Part shown: positions 18,507 to 27,318 of the stretch, piece after piece | How positions within the stretch are numbered: position 1 is the stretch's first letter | Layout: every line of letters starts with the position of its first letter | NCBI GenBank assembly: GCA_049512075.1 | Contig: JBEKXL010000002.1 | Coordinates: forward strand, 128,001 to 192,000 | DNA length: 64,000 bases | Origin: Candidatus Bathyarchaeia archaeon | GTDB lineage: Archaea > Thermoproteota > Bathyarchaeia > Bathyarchaeales > Bathycorpusculaceae | Direction: 5' to 3' | Notes under the pieces: model-generated | The model's input: only the letters and a program-made list of their open reading frames with translations | Databases searched by the model: none | What the model was told of the DNA's origin: nothing | Program-made: the position numbers and the translations under genes

Positions 18507-18603
18507 TGGTACCATAAAACTATTTAACATTTATGGTGTTTGTGGTACCACAACGCTTATATTATTGTGGTACCATAACAATTATCAGTGTAGTGTGGTA
18601 CCA
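18507..18603. promoter_or_regulatory. four TGGTACCA palindromes (putative operators) in the divergent promoter region
   Basis: TGGTACCA at 18507, 18543, 18568 and 18596 among AT-rich TATA-like stretches. Confidence 0.65.
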
Positions 18604-19739
18604 TGATGACAATAGAGGAACTGGAAAATCTCCGAGAGCTAAGAGGCTCAGAGATTGTTCGTAAAAAAGGAAATCAAATTAACCGCATAGATGATTGCCT
18701 TTACACCGTTAAGTCTCAGTCTGGAAACGGTGAGTATGCTGTTTGTCAAGTTGACAATGAATTAGTCTGCGAATGTCCAGACTTCCAATTTCGCAATGTT
18801 AAATGCAAACACATTTTTGCAGTAGAGTTTTCTAAGTCGCTAAGAGAAGCAACTCAGAGAATTGCTCCAATAGAAAACCTTTCAGCATGCATCTATTGTA
18901 ATTCTTCTAATTTGATGAAATATGGCTTACGAAAAAACAAAACTGGAAATCTCCAAGTATTCTATTGCCGAGATTGCCACAAATACTTCACTATCAACAT
19001 CGGTTTTGAGAAAATGAAGCACAACCCTCAAGCAATCACAAGCGCAATGCAACTATACTTCTCAGGTGAGAGCCTAAGAAATACTCAGAAGTCGCTTAAG
19101 CTCTTAGGAGTCGAAGTTTCGTACAGATCAATCCTAAACTGGATAAAAAAATACGTTAGTCTCATGAAAAACTATGTTGAAACCATTACTCCAAACGTAA
19201 GCGACACATGGAGAGCAGACGAAATATACATCAAGGTAAAAGGTGACATGAAGTACCTTTTCGCTATGATGGATGATGAAACACGGTTTTGGATTGCTCA
19301 GGAAGTTGCAGAGACTAAATACACTCATGATGCACGGAAACTTTTGCAGATGTCCAAACAGTTGATGGGTAAGAAACCTATGACCTTCATTACTGACGGT
19401 CTTCCAGCGTACCATGATGCATACAAGAAGGAGTTTTGGACACAGAAGAAAGAAACTCGAACAGAACACGTTAGGCATATCACTTTGAGAGGAGATCACA
19501 ACAATAACAAAATGGAACGCATGAACGGAGAAGTACGAGACAGAGAAAAGACTATGAGAGGATTAAAAACCAAAGACACAGCGATTCTCTCCGGTTATCA
19601 GATTTTCCACAACTACATCCGAGGACATGAAGCACTTGACGGTAAGACTCCTAGTGAAGCTTGTGGAATAACGGTAGAAGGAAAAAACAAATGGCTAACC
19701 CTAATCCAAAATGCTAAACTATCATCAGTCGAAAAATAG
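18603..19739 (+). CDS. IS6-family DDE transposase with N-terminal SWIM and zinc-ribbon domains
   Basis: CECPDF...CKHIFAV (SWIM), CIYC...CRDC, WRADE, FITDG and NNNKMERMNG catalytic motifs. Confidence 0.9.
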   Translation: MMTIEELENLRELRGSEIVRKKGNQINRIDDCLYTVKSQSGNGEYAVCQVDNELVCECPDFQFRNVKCKHIFAVEFSKSLREATQRIAPIENLSACIYCNSSNLMKYGLRKNKTGNLQVFYCRDCHKYFTINIGFEKMKHNPQAITSAMQLYFSGESLRNTQKSLKLLGVEVSYRSILNWIKKYVSLMKNYVETITPNVSDTWRADEIYIKVKGDMKYLFAMMDDETRFWIAQEVAETKYTHDARKLLQMSKQLMGKKPMTFITDGLPAYHDAYKKEFWTQKKETRTEHVRHITLRGDHNNNKMERMNGEVRDREKTMRGLKTKDTAILSGYQIFHNYIRGHEALDGKTPSEACGITVEGKNKWLTLIQNAKLSSVEK

Positions 19740-19822
19740 ATTGACAATATTGTCTGTCGCCAACAGACACACTTAAATAGTTAAATAGTATGCCGCCCTA
19801 AGTCTATTGGGAGAAAAGAGAG

Positions 19823-20128
19823 ATGATGAAGGTAAATTTGTACAGTATGTTTTGCACTGATACTCTTAGGCATAGAGAGACTGCTAGGAATATTCTAGAG
19901 AAGCTGTCCAAAACGTCAAAAAACGACGTAGTCATAATTGACTTTGATAAAATAGAGTTTGCCTCACGGTCTTTTCTTCATGAACTTATGAGTTGCCTTG
20001 CGGATAGAAAGGTTGAGTTTAGGAACCAGAATGAAGAAGTCGCAAGAATGACCGATGTTATTTCGAAAAGCATTGAGGCTTACTCTGAAGAAAGACGCGG
20101 AAAACACTGTATAGCAACTGCACAGTAG
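19823..20128 (+). CDS. STAS-like (DUF4325-type) protein
   Basis: VIIDFDKIEFASRSFLHEL motif. Confidence 0.75.
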   Translation: MMKVNLYSMFCTDTLRHRETARNILEKLSKTSKNDVVIIDFDKIEFASRSFLHELMSCLADRKVEFRNQNEEVARMTDVISKSIEAYSEERRGKHCIATAQ

Positions 20129-20130
20129 GT

Positions 20131-20964
20131 TTATCGCAGGTATTTATAAAATTCAATCTTTTTCAAATTGAAATTAATCCCTACCAAAGCGCCCTGCCAC
20201 TGCGATTTCAATTTCCACTCTTTTCTTTCCCCCAACTTATCATAGATGAGTGATTTCCCTGACATTATTACCAGCTTTCCACCATAGCCGTGGATGAACA
20301 TTTTGGCTATACTAGGGATACCTGTTCCTCTGAGATTTTCCTTTTTAGAAGATTTCCCAACCAATGCGTTAATGATGGCTTGTCTATCACTTTTTACTTC
20401 ATACTTAGTCCCTTTGTATGAAGCCTTATACCCAATGCCACAATCTGCAATTACAATCTCGCAGGTTCTATGTGGCCTTTCCCAAAATTGAGCCAACAAC
20501 CAATAATGATCTATGTTCGCATGTTCATTGACATTGTTCACCAATTCGCTAGTTAGATGTTTCAAGCTTAGCTTGAATGAGGATGAGTATTCGTCTGAAC
20601 TTGCCATTTCCAAAATCAAGTCTTCATACTTGCCCAAGACCTTATTCTGTTCAATCGGCGGTAGCCTTGTTATTGGCAGATAACGCTTTTCATCACTTGG
20701 TAATTCCTCAAAACCATTTGGAAAACCGATTGTACTAAGATAGCTTTGGACATCATGGTCTTTTTCTGAACAAGTCAGATTCATTCTGTTATGAGAAGCA
20801 AATACGGCCAAAGGAAGTATTGAAAGTGGTGTAACAAAATCTGCTCTACACAAATCGGTATAAGGAATGTCGTTGCGTAAAGCTGAATTTAATTCCTCCA
20901 AATTCTGAACAAGTTCATCAATGCGTTCAGATATTCCGTAGTGATGTCTTATCTCCATGGACAA
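20131..20964 (-). CDS. GHKL/HATPase-domain protein (anti-sigma-like kinase)
   Basis: SELVNNVNEHA N-box, IADCGIG G1 and RGTGI G2 motifs. Confidence 0.8.
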   Translation of the reverse strand: MSMEIRHHYGISERIDELVQNLEELNSALRNDIPYTDLCRADFVTPLSILPLAVFASHNRMNLTCSEKDHDVQSYLSTIGFPNGFEELPSDEKRYLPITRLPPIEQNKVLGKYEDLILEMASSDEYSSSFKLSLKHLTSELVNNVNEHANIDHYWLLAQFWERPHRTCEIVIADCGIGYKASYKGTKYEVKSDRQAIINALVGKSSKKENLRGTGIPSIAKMFIHGYGGKLVIMSGKSLIYDKLGERKEWKLKSQWQGALVGINFNLKKIEFYKYLR

Positions 20965-21061
20965 AAGCTTTGACAGAAGTATGATATAACATTTGGTTTA
21001 CTCTAAAATCTGATTTTTGCAGAGGTCGTGAGACTTTACAGGAACAAAAACAGAAATTTTA

Positions 21062-21271
21062 TCATGAGTGCCAGCGTTTTCTTCTCCATCCTTTCTTGCG
21101 GACCATGAATTTGACATCAGAACCCTTGTACGCCTTGTTCAATTCCCTAGCTTCTTTCTCAGCTTTCTTCTTCGTCCTGAAACGTTCTCCAGCAACAACA
21201 CGAATAGGACTCTTTCCCTTTCGTCTAACAACAAGCCACTTCTTAGGGTCAGGTCGCCTTTGATAACCCAA
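21062..21271 (-). CDS. small highly basic hypothetical protein
   Basis: 69-aa K/R-rich ORF; a truncated paralog lies at ~21883-21969. Confidence 0.5.
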   Translation of the reverse strand: MGYQRRPDPKKWLVVRRKGKSPIRVVAGERFRTKKKAEKEARELNKAYKGSDVKFMVRKKGWRRKRWHS

Positions 21272-21385
21272 AAGGATTCACAGAAGAAAAATCTGAAAAC
21301 TACATAGGGCTCCTTTTGAGTTTAGCGTGCATTTGAAACAAAAAGCTTAACAGTGTTCCATGCGCAATGATTGTGAGTTGGTATT

Positions 21386-21904
21386 ATGAAAGATGTTGAG
21401 CTGAGATTGATTTCTGAGTTGATGACAAACAGTTGTAGGAGCGATAGACAGCTTGCCAAGGCATTGGGAGTTTCTCAGCCCACAGTGTCACGAACAAAAG
21501 CAAAGCTGGAAAAAGAAGGCTACATCTCTGAACACACGATTATCCCCAATTTCAACAAAATAGGTTATCACCTGTTTGCATTAACTTTTTTCTCGTGGAA
21601 ACAAGGTATCAGCAAGAGCGATAAGGAAAAGGCAATCAAATACGCTCAAGAGAGGGCTTCCTTTCTCCCATCTAACATAGTTCTCGTTGAAAGAGGAATC
21701 GGGATGAACTACGACGCATTCATGGGGTCATTCCATAAGGACTACTCATCTTACAGGGAACTCATGAATGAAATGAAAGAGAGTCAATACACAGATGTGA
21801 ATAGGATGGACAGCTTCATTGTCGACCTTACCGACAAATTCCACTATCGAACCTTAACCTTCTCAACCCTTGCCAAACACCTAATAGAAACAAACCAAAA
21901 GTAA
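21386..21904 (+). CDS. Lrp/AsnC-family transcriptional regulator
   Basis: SDRQLAKALGVSQPTVSRTKAKLEKEGYI...IPNFNKIGY. Confidence 0.88.
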   Translation: MKDVELRLISELMTNSCRSDRQLAKALGVSQPTVSRTKAKLEKEGYISEHTIIPNFNKIGYHLFALTFFSWKQGISKSDKEKAIKYAQERASFLPSNIVLVERGIGMNYDAFMGSFHKDYSSYRELMNEMKESQYTDVNRMDSFIVDLTDKFHYRTLTFSTLAKHLIETNQK

Positions 21905-22063
21905 ACTCGTAACTGTGATAGGACTCTTTCCCTTCCGCTTTGCAATAAGCCACTTTCTTTTTAGCCAATTATGCGAATAAGTCGTATGGGCTCCCAACAG
22001 AAAAATCAACATGGGCTCGTTCGTGGTGAAATGTTAAAATAGTCTTGAAGTTCATTTCCATTT

Positions 22064-22246
22064 ATGTATCCAATAGTGGCCAGAAAACTCATAATAAGTG
22101 CCATTCTATCAGTCTTGGCCTTTTATCTGTTCGTTCTAGGGGCGAGTGCTTACCAAGGACTAGACGGGGAGATGGTCAGAGCTGTCTACTTCTCCGGAGC
22201 AGCGATAGTGTTTGCAATTGCCATTATTCCTTGGATGACCAAATAA
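22064..22246 (+). CDS. small two-TM membrane protein
   Basis: two hydrophobic helices; lies between two GGGCTC repeats. Confidence 0.5.
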   Translation: MYPIVARKLIISAILSVLAFYLFVLGASAYQGLDGEMVRAVYFSGAAIVFAIAIIPWMTK

Positions 22247-22456
22247 TGATACTCGCTAGAGTGAGACCACACAAATAACTTAACGGTATCTAGTATGTGG
22301 GCTCGTTTTACGATAGGTCAGCAGACGAAAAGTAACAAGGAGATCAAGCAGACGAAGAAGTACCAGAACCTCGCCTACCACCCGACCTGTAACACGAAGG
22401 TTAGCCACTCTGATGATAGACCAGAACCAGAAAAATCGTCATGAGTGCACGCGAAA

Positions 22457-22666
22457 CTACTTTAAGATTACGTGCACTTGTTTTTGCAAGCGTTCTTGAA
22501 CCTCTACGGTTTCTCTGATTTCTTTGTTCTTGGCCTCTATCAATTCATGATAGTGCTGTTTCAATAGTTGTAGCTTCCCTGCGTCTTGAAGGTCTACTTT
22601 GCTCAATCTCTCACATTTGATTAAGGAACTAGATAATGTTGACCGATTCTTAAAAAGAATATGCAA
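22457..22666 (-). CDS. hypothetical coiled-coil protein or fragment
   Basis: ORF only. Confidence 0.3.
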   Translation of the reverse strand: MHILFKNRSTLSSSLIKCERLSKVDLQDAGKLQLLKQHYHELIEAKNKEIRETVEVQERLQKQVHVILK

Positions 22667-22890
22667 CAGTGTAGAACACTAAAACAATGAGTCATCCCCC
22701 GACAGTTAACAAGGAAACAAACCAAACAAAGAGTTTACAGAACCTGTTTTTTGGAAAATTAGAGACATAGTTGTATGGAAAGTCGTGAATAAGCAGTTTG
22801 GGTTTGGGAGCAGAAATCAGGTCAGTTAAGCCTTATCTCGGATACATAAGAGGTTTATACTGAGAACTTGCAATAGTTGAAGACACACGA

Positions 22891-23199
22891 ATGAAGGGGT
22901 CCAAGATGGCACGTTCTAAACTTGAGACGTACGTTGACATTCTCAAAGTGTTGGCTCATCGTGGACCCTTGAAGCTAACGCATATAATGTATAAAGCAAA
23001 CGTGAATGGTAGCATTCTGAGAGAGTATCTGGACTTCCTGCTCAAACAGAATCTTGTTGAAGAAAGAAACGTGGGGAAAAGTAGAACCGTCTTTGCTGTA
23101 ACTCAAAAAGGCATAACGGTGCTCAAGAACTTCAGGGAACTGCAACAAATATTGCCAATCATTGAAGAAACAAGAAATATGATCCCAACACCTATTTGA
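22891..23199 (+). CDS. winged-HTH transcription regulator
   Basis: RSKLETYVDILKVL...LTHIMYKANVN...YLDFL...TQKG. Confidence 0.85.
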   Translation: MKGSKMARSKLETYVDILKVLAHRGPLKLTHIMYKANVNGSILREYLDFLLKQNLVEERNVGKSRTVFAVTQKGITVLKNFRELQQILPIIEETRNMIPTPI

Positions 23200-23246
23200 T
23201 TTCGCTTAAGTTCAGGGAATCATCAACCGACTTTTTACGTGGGCTC

Positions 23247-23306
23247 GTTTTAGTCACCAAACGAATTTTCACAACAAAACCTACCAAACGAAGACTTCAC
23301 AGAACC
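23247..23306 (-). repeat. right terminal inverted repeat
   Basis: reverse complement GGTTCTGTGAAGTCTTCGTTTGGT...TGTGAAAATTCGTTTGGTGACTAAAAC. Confidence 0.9.
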
Positions 23307-23524
23307 CTCGTCACGTAGCCCACCCCAACGATTTTGGCATTGACGAATATCTGACCGTCTTCTTTCTGAAAAGCGGTGCATAATGCAGGATTGTGGCGCG
23401 TGCTTTCCAAGAAGAAGCGGTCCGCATCCACTATCGAATGGCGATTAACCAGGTCGAGCAACGCTTTTCTTCTTGGAAAATAGTTCCATCGCAAGAAACT
23501 TTCGGGAAGAGCTACCGTGAGTCT
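23307..23524 (-). pseudogene. N-terminal part of the gene interrupted by the IS6 transposon
   Basis: LPESFLRWNYFPRR...STRHNPALCT...VNAKIVGVGYVTR joins in frame to 14701-15213 through the TSD. Confidence 0.75.
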
Positions 23525-24358
23525 TCAACACCCCACAGGATGCACTTAATGATCTCTGAAATAAACTAATAGCTTCACTTCTGAGGTTTTGAACAGCGTG
23601 TTTTCTATGTGCCAAGTGGCTTTGCTTCACGTGGGAGCGGAAGACTTTACGCCAAAAACAATAACACTTTTCGAGGTTCTTTCAAAACCGATGAGCCGGT
23701 TGCCGGGTTTGAATGACGCTTGCTGTTCGATGTTGCCCAGATGATGCTTAACGATGAGTCTGATGACATCCTTGGAGCATGTGCCCAAGGCTGGAGGTTA
23801 CAGCAGAATTTCAATAACTATGCTCCCGCATACTCAAGAAAACAGATGATCTTGGGGAGATTGAGCTATCAAGATCAGAAGTCATCAAAACTTGCGAATG
23901 CTGCCTAGATGATGAAAAAATAGTCGATGATATTTACGCTATGAAGCAGAGGAGGATTAATCCGGATGAGCTATGGCGACGACATGTTGAACGCATCAAC
24001 TGTGAGACTGATGGCTATTGCAGATACTGTGGCAAGAAATTTCGGAGTTATCGAGGTGCCGCTTCGGGTGGTTTGTGCTTTGGGATTCACGACTCTGAAC
24101 ACATCTTGTTCTGTTGCTTCCTTGAACGGTTTCTTTATAAATAGGTCGTACTGTTTGAAATGTCTAAGGTGTAATCGATGGTACATTTGCCCTGCTCGTT
24201 TACGCGCTTCATCTCCACGAAGCGTTCCAAATCAACCTTGTCTTGGCCGATCGTGTCACTCGCAGGGCGCATGCGCTCCACTACTTCAGCTATGACCTGT
24301 CCGAATGATCGGAAACAGAAATCAAATTACCAGGAATGACATGAACTAGGAAGGATGT

Positions 24359-24679
24359 GTGATGAGTAAGATCGATGTCGAGTATGGTCTTGATGATATG
24401 CTGAAATCTAAAGACAGAGTTGTCGTTCTTTTCTATGCTTCCTGGTGCCCCTTTTCCCAGAGGTTCCTGCCTATATTCGAAAGGTATGCGCAAAGCAAAA
24501 CGCAGACGTGTCTGCAGGTCAAGACCGATGACAAGGCAAGTCTCTGTGAAAAGTATTCCGTGGAAGTGGTGCCCACAGTGCTTCTCTTCGAAAAAGGGAA
24601 AGTCAAAAAACGATTGGACGCGGTGCCGGGAGTGGGACTGGAGGAAGGGCAACTGACAAGTCTGACTAATGTACGCTGA
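24359..24679 (+). CDS. thioredoxin-fold protein (CxxS)
   Basis: [12 protein letters not shown]...[15 protein letters not shown]. Confidence 0.85.
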   Translation: MMSKIDVEYGLDDMLKSKDRVVVLFYASWCPFSQRFLPIFERYAQSKTQTCLQVKTDDKASLCEKYSVEVVPTVLLFEKGKVKKRLDAVPGVGLEEGQLTSLTNVR

Positions 24680-24716
24680 ACAGGCTTCAATTCTGCGTTC
24701 TTACGGGTTGATATTC

Positions 24717-25292
24717 ATGAGTCAAGAAAAGTTGAAAACGGCTGCCACAAGACGAACGGAAGCAGCAACTCTCGCGGGAGGCTGTTTCTGGTGCATCGAA
24801 GCAGTTTTCAGCCAATTGAAAGGCGTAGAGAGGGTCGAATCTGGCTATTCTGGCGGCAAACTTGAAAACCCGACCTATGAGCAGGTCTCTACCGGAAGAA
24901 CAGGGCACGTGGAAACCGTGCAAATCACCTTCGATCCTGACGTGATATCCTATAAGGAAATCTTGGAAATCTTCTCTTCAACCCACGATCCAACGACCTT
25001 GAATCGTCAAGGTCCTGACGTCGGCACTCAATACCGCTCAGTAATATTCTGCCACAATGATCAACAGAAGGCAATCGCTGAACAAGTGATCAAAGAACTC
25101 ACTGAAGAAAAAGCCTTCGATGCGCCCATAGTGACACAAGTAGAGCCCTTCAAAGCCTTCTACGAGGCTGAAGACTACCACAAAGACTACTTCAAGCGTC
25201 ACCCAGAACAAGCCTACTGCAGTCTGGTCATCGCGCCGAAAATCACAAAGCTACGAGAACTCTACCTGAGCAAATTGAAACTGCAACTATAG
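24717..25292 (+). CDS. msrA: peptide methionine sulfoxide reductase A
   Basis: [31 protein letters not shown] and FYEAEDYH; start taken at ATG 24717. Confidence 0.95.
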   Translation: MSQEKLKTAATRRTEAATLAGGCFWCIEAVFSQLKGVERVESGYSGGKLENPTYEQVSTGRTGHVETVQITFDPDVISYKEILEIFSSTHDPTTLNRQGPDVGTQYRSVIFCHNDQQKAIAEQVIKELTEEKAFDAPIVTQVEPFKAFYEAEDYHKDYFKRHPEQAYCSLVIAPKITKLRELYLSKLKLQL

Positions 25293-25504
25293 CAAATGTG
25301 CGCGCCCGTTGTGCTGGCGATATGAGCAGTTAACCTGCGGGGTATGCGACGAATGCTGCAGTTCTCCCGACGACTGGCGCTTCGGAACCGTTTTTTAACC
25401 CAGCTTCTTCGGATAACCCTCGTCTGTGGTGCACGATCGCTCGAGGTAGGTAGGTCGAATGTCACGGCAAGTCTTAAAAAAGATTTTCAACTATAGGTTC
25501 GTCC

Positions 25505-26329
25505 ATGAACTATAAAGAGAGACAGGAAATAATCGCTCGTTCACCTATTTCTTTTGCGTATCTGAAGCGTTTCAACGCTGCTGCAGGTGTTGTACATTTC
25601 ATCCAAGGAATTCTAATGTTGACTTTGGGTCTTATGTTGACTTGGCCAATACATGTGCACACGTCCTATCTGAACATAGCAGGCCCTGATTCATCATTAT
25701 GGTTGCCAGGTGTCCAAGCTCTTTTCACATTCAATAATCTAGGAGTGATCCTGGCATCTTTTCCTCTGATTTCTGCGATAGCGCATTTCACGATTGCTTA
25801 TCCGAAGAACAAAAGCTACAATGAGAACCTGAAGAAGGGCATGAATCCTTACCGCTGGTACGAGTATGCCTTCTCAAGCTCCATAATGATAGCCCTAATA
25901 TCAACGTTCGTCGGCATCTTGGATTTCTGGTCGCTCGCAATGATTTTCGTCTTGAACGCGATGATGATAATGTTCGGGTACCTTATGGAGCTGATGAACC
26001 AAAAAACCGAAAAGACAAACTGGTCCGCCTTCAACCTGGGCTGCATCTCCGGCGGCCTCCCATGGGTCGTGATTTTCGCCTATTTCACAGGCGCTGTCAC
26101 GTCCGCAAGCGCAGTTGCAGGCGTGCGCGTACCAACCTTCGTGTACTTCATACTCTTCACTTACCTCGTCCTCTTCATGGTCTTCGCAGTCAACATGGTT
26201 CTGCAGTACAAGGGCGTCGGACGCTGGAAAGACTACCTGTACGGTGAAAGAACCTACATAATCCTCAGCTTCGTAGCAAAAACACTCCTCGCATGGCTCG
26301 TGTTCGCCGGAGTATTCATGCCACACTAA
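25505..26329 (+). CDS. heliorhodopsin
   Basis: HFIQ, SAIAH, NPYRWYEYAFSSSIM, LQY...GRWKDYLYGERTYIILSFVAK with retinal-binding Lys. Confidence 0.93.
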   Translation: MNYKERQEIIARSPISFAYLKRFNAAAGVVHFIQGILMLTLGLMLTWPIHVHTSYLNIAGPDSSLWLPGVQALFTFNNLGVILASFPLISAIAHFTIAYPKNKSYNENLKKGMNPYRWYEYAFSSSIMIALISTFVGILDFWSLAMIFVLNAMMIMFGYLMELMNQKTEKTNWSAFNLGCISGGLPWVVIFAYFTGAVTSASAVAGVRVPTFVYFILFTYLVLFMVFAVNMVLQYKGVGRWKDYLYGERTYIILSFVAKTLLAWLVFAGVFMPH

Positions 26330-26555
26330 GCACGCCAACGCAACTCTCCTTTTTTTCTCCACAAATTCAGATTGAAAAAGGAACACTCTTTGAGAGTGCA
26401 TAACAAAAAGCCCTTAGCGGGCGAAGACCCCAACAATCCTCTAGGACTCGCGAACCCATCCACACAGCTTCTCTACCTCTCCAGGATCTGCTATCAAACA
26501 ACCATCACAATCGACGCAAGCAGAAAAGGGAGAGGGCATGAGACAACACTGCAAC

Positions 26556-26617
26556 GTTATAATTCACATTACTTCTGACGTTACAAACAAAAAGAGGGGG
26601 GGCCAAAAACCCAACAT
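26556..26617 (-). repeat. dispersed non-coding repeat, inverted copy of 29418-29478
   Basis: CACATTAC.TCTGAC.TTACAAACAAAAAGAGGGGGGCCAAAAAC shared. Confidence 0.8.
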
Positions 26618-26801
26618 CGCGATCTTGCAAAGCATAATGTTGGAGGTTAACAAGAAAAAGGCGGGGGTCAACTCGCGCTCGCTTCATCGTTTCGTGAAGT
26701 TTGCACTTGTGTGTAATTTGTCCTCATCGTTTCGCAACGTGTGTGTACGATGAAAAAGGAGTATAGACACTCAGTGTTGGGAAGCGCGTTTTTATTTGTG
26801 G

Positions 26802-27224
26802 TTACAGTGACATGAAAAGTGCCTTTACTTGTTGAATGCCTCGCATTCCTCTGACCCTTCCGATTAGGTCGAGAATTCGCTTGTTCTTTCCTTGGGCGAT
26901 GAAGATTTCCAGGCAGTACTTGTCGTCGATGTGTCTGTGCACGTTCTCCACCACTACGTCGTCAAATTCGTGCCTGACCTCGGTCATCCTTAGGTCAACG
27001 TCTCTTCTTGCGTAGTCGCAGGTAATCATTATCGTCGCTGCCACTTCACCGGTCTCCGTCTTGGCGATGTCCGATTCAACGATGAGATTTCTGATCGCGT
27101 CTCGAAAGGCTTCTGATCGGCTGTAGTACCCACGTGTCTTCATGAATTCATCGAACTTTGTGAGAAGCTCACCTGGAAGAGTTATGCTTATCACCGTCAT
27201 CCAAACCGCCTCGGCTATTAACAT
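26802..27224 (-). CDS. nikR: NikR-family ribbon-helix-helix metal regulator (start probably ATG 27200)
   Basis: ISITLP...FDEF...GYYSRSEAFRDAIR and HRH...CLEI; divergent from the metal ATPase. Confidence 0.85.
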   Translation of the reverse strand: MLIAEAVWMTVISITLPGELLTKFDEFMKTRGYYSRSEAFRDAIRNLIVESDIAKTETGEVAATIMITCDYARRDVDLRMTEVRHEFDDVVVENVHRHIDDKYCLEIFIAQGKNKRILDLIGRVRGMRGIQQVKALFMSL

Positions 27225-27318
27225 AGCGTCTTGAGACTATTAGCTTATTAATACTTCGTCCGAAGTCGTTAGCACTAGTTTAATATGATAACCTGCATCT
27301 TTCGCATTATGATTACGG

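Larger units (their letters stand above)
15214..23306. mobile_element. 8.1-kb IS6-family unit transposon with cargo
   Basis: TIRs 15214-15274 and 23247-23306 (GG[C/T]TCTGTGAAGTCT...), 8-bp TSD CTCGTCAC at 15206-15213 and 23307-23314, internal IS6-type transposase. Confidence 0.93.

Noticed and set aside
22321-22371. Short direct repeat GCAGACGAA and a 13/14 inverted match to 15281-15294
   Set aside because: Too short, no TSD, and could be chance or a coding remnant.
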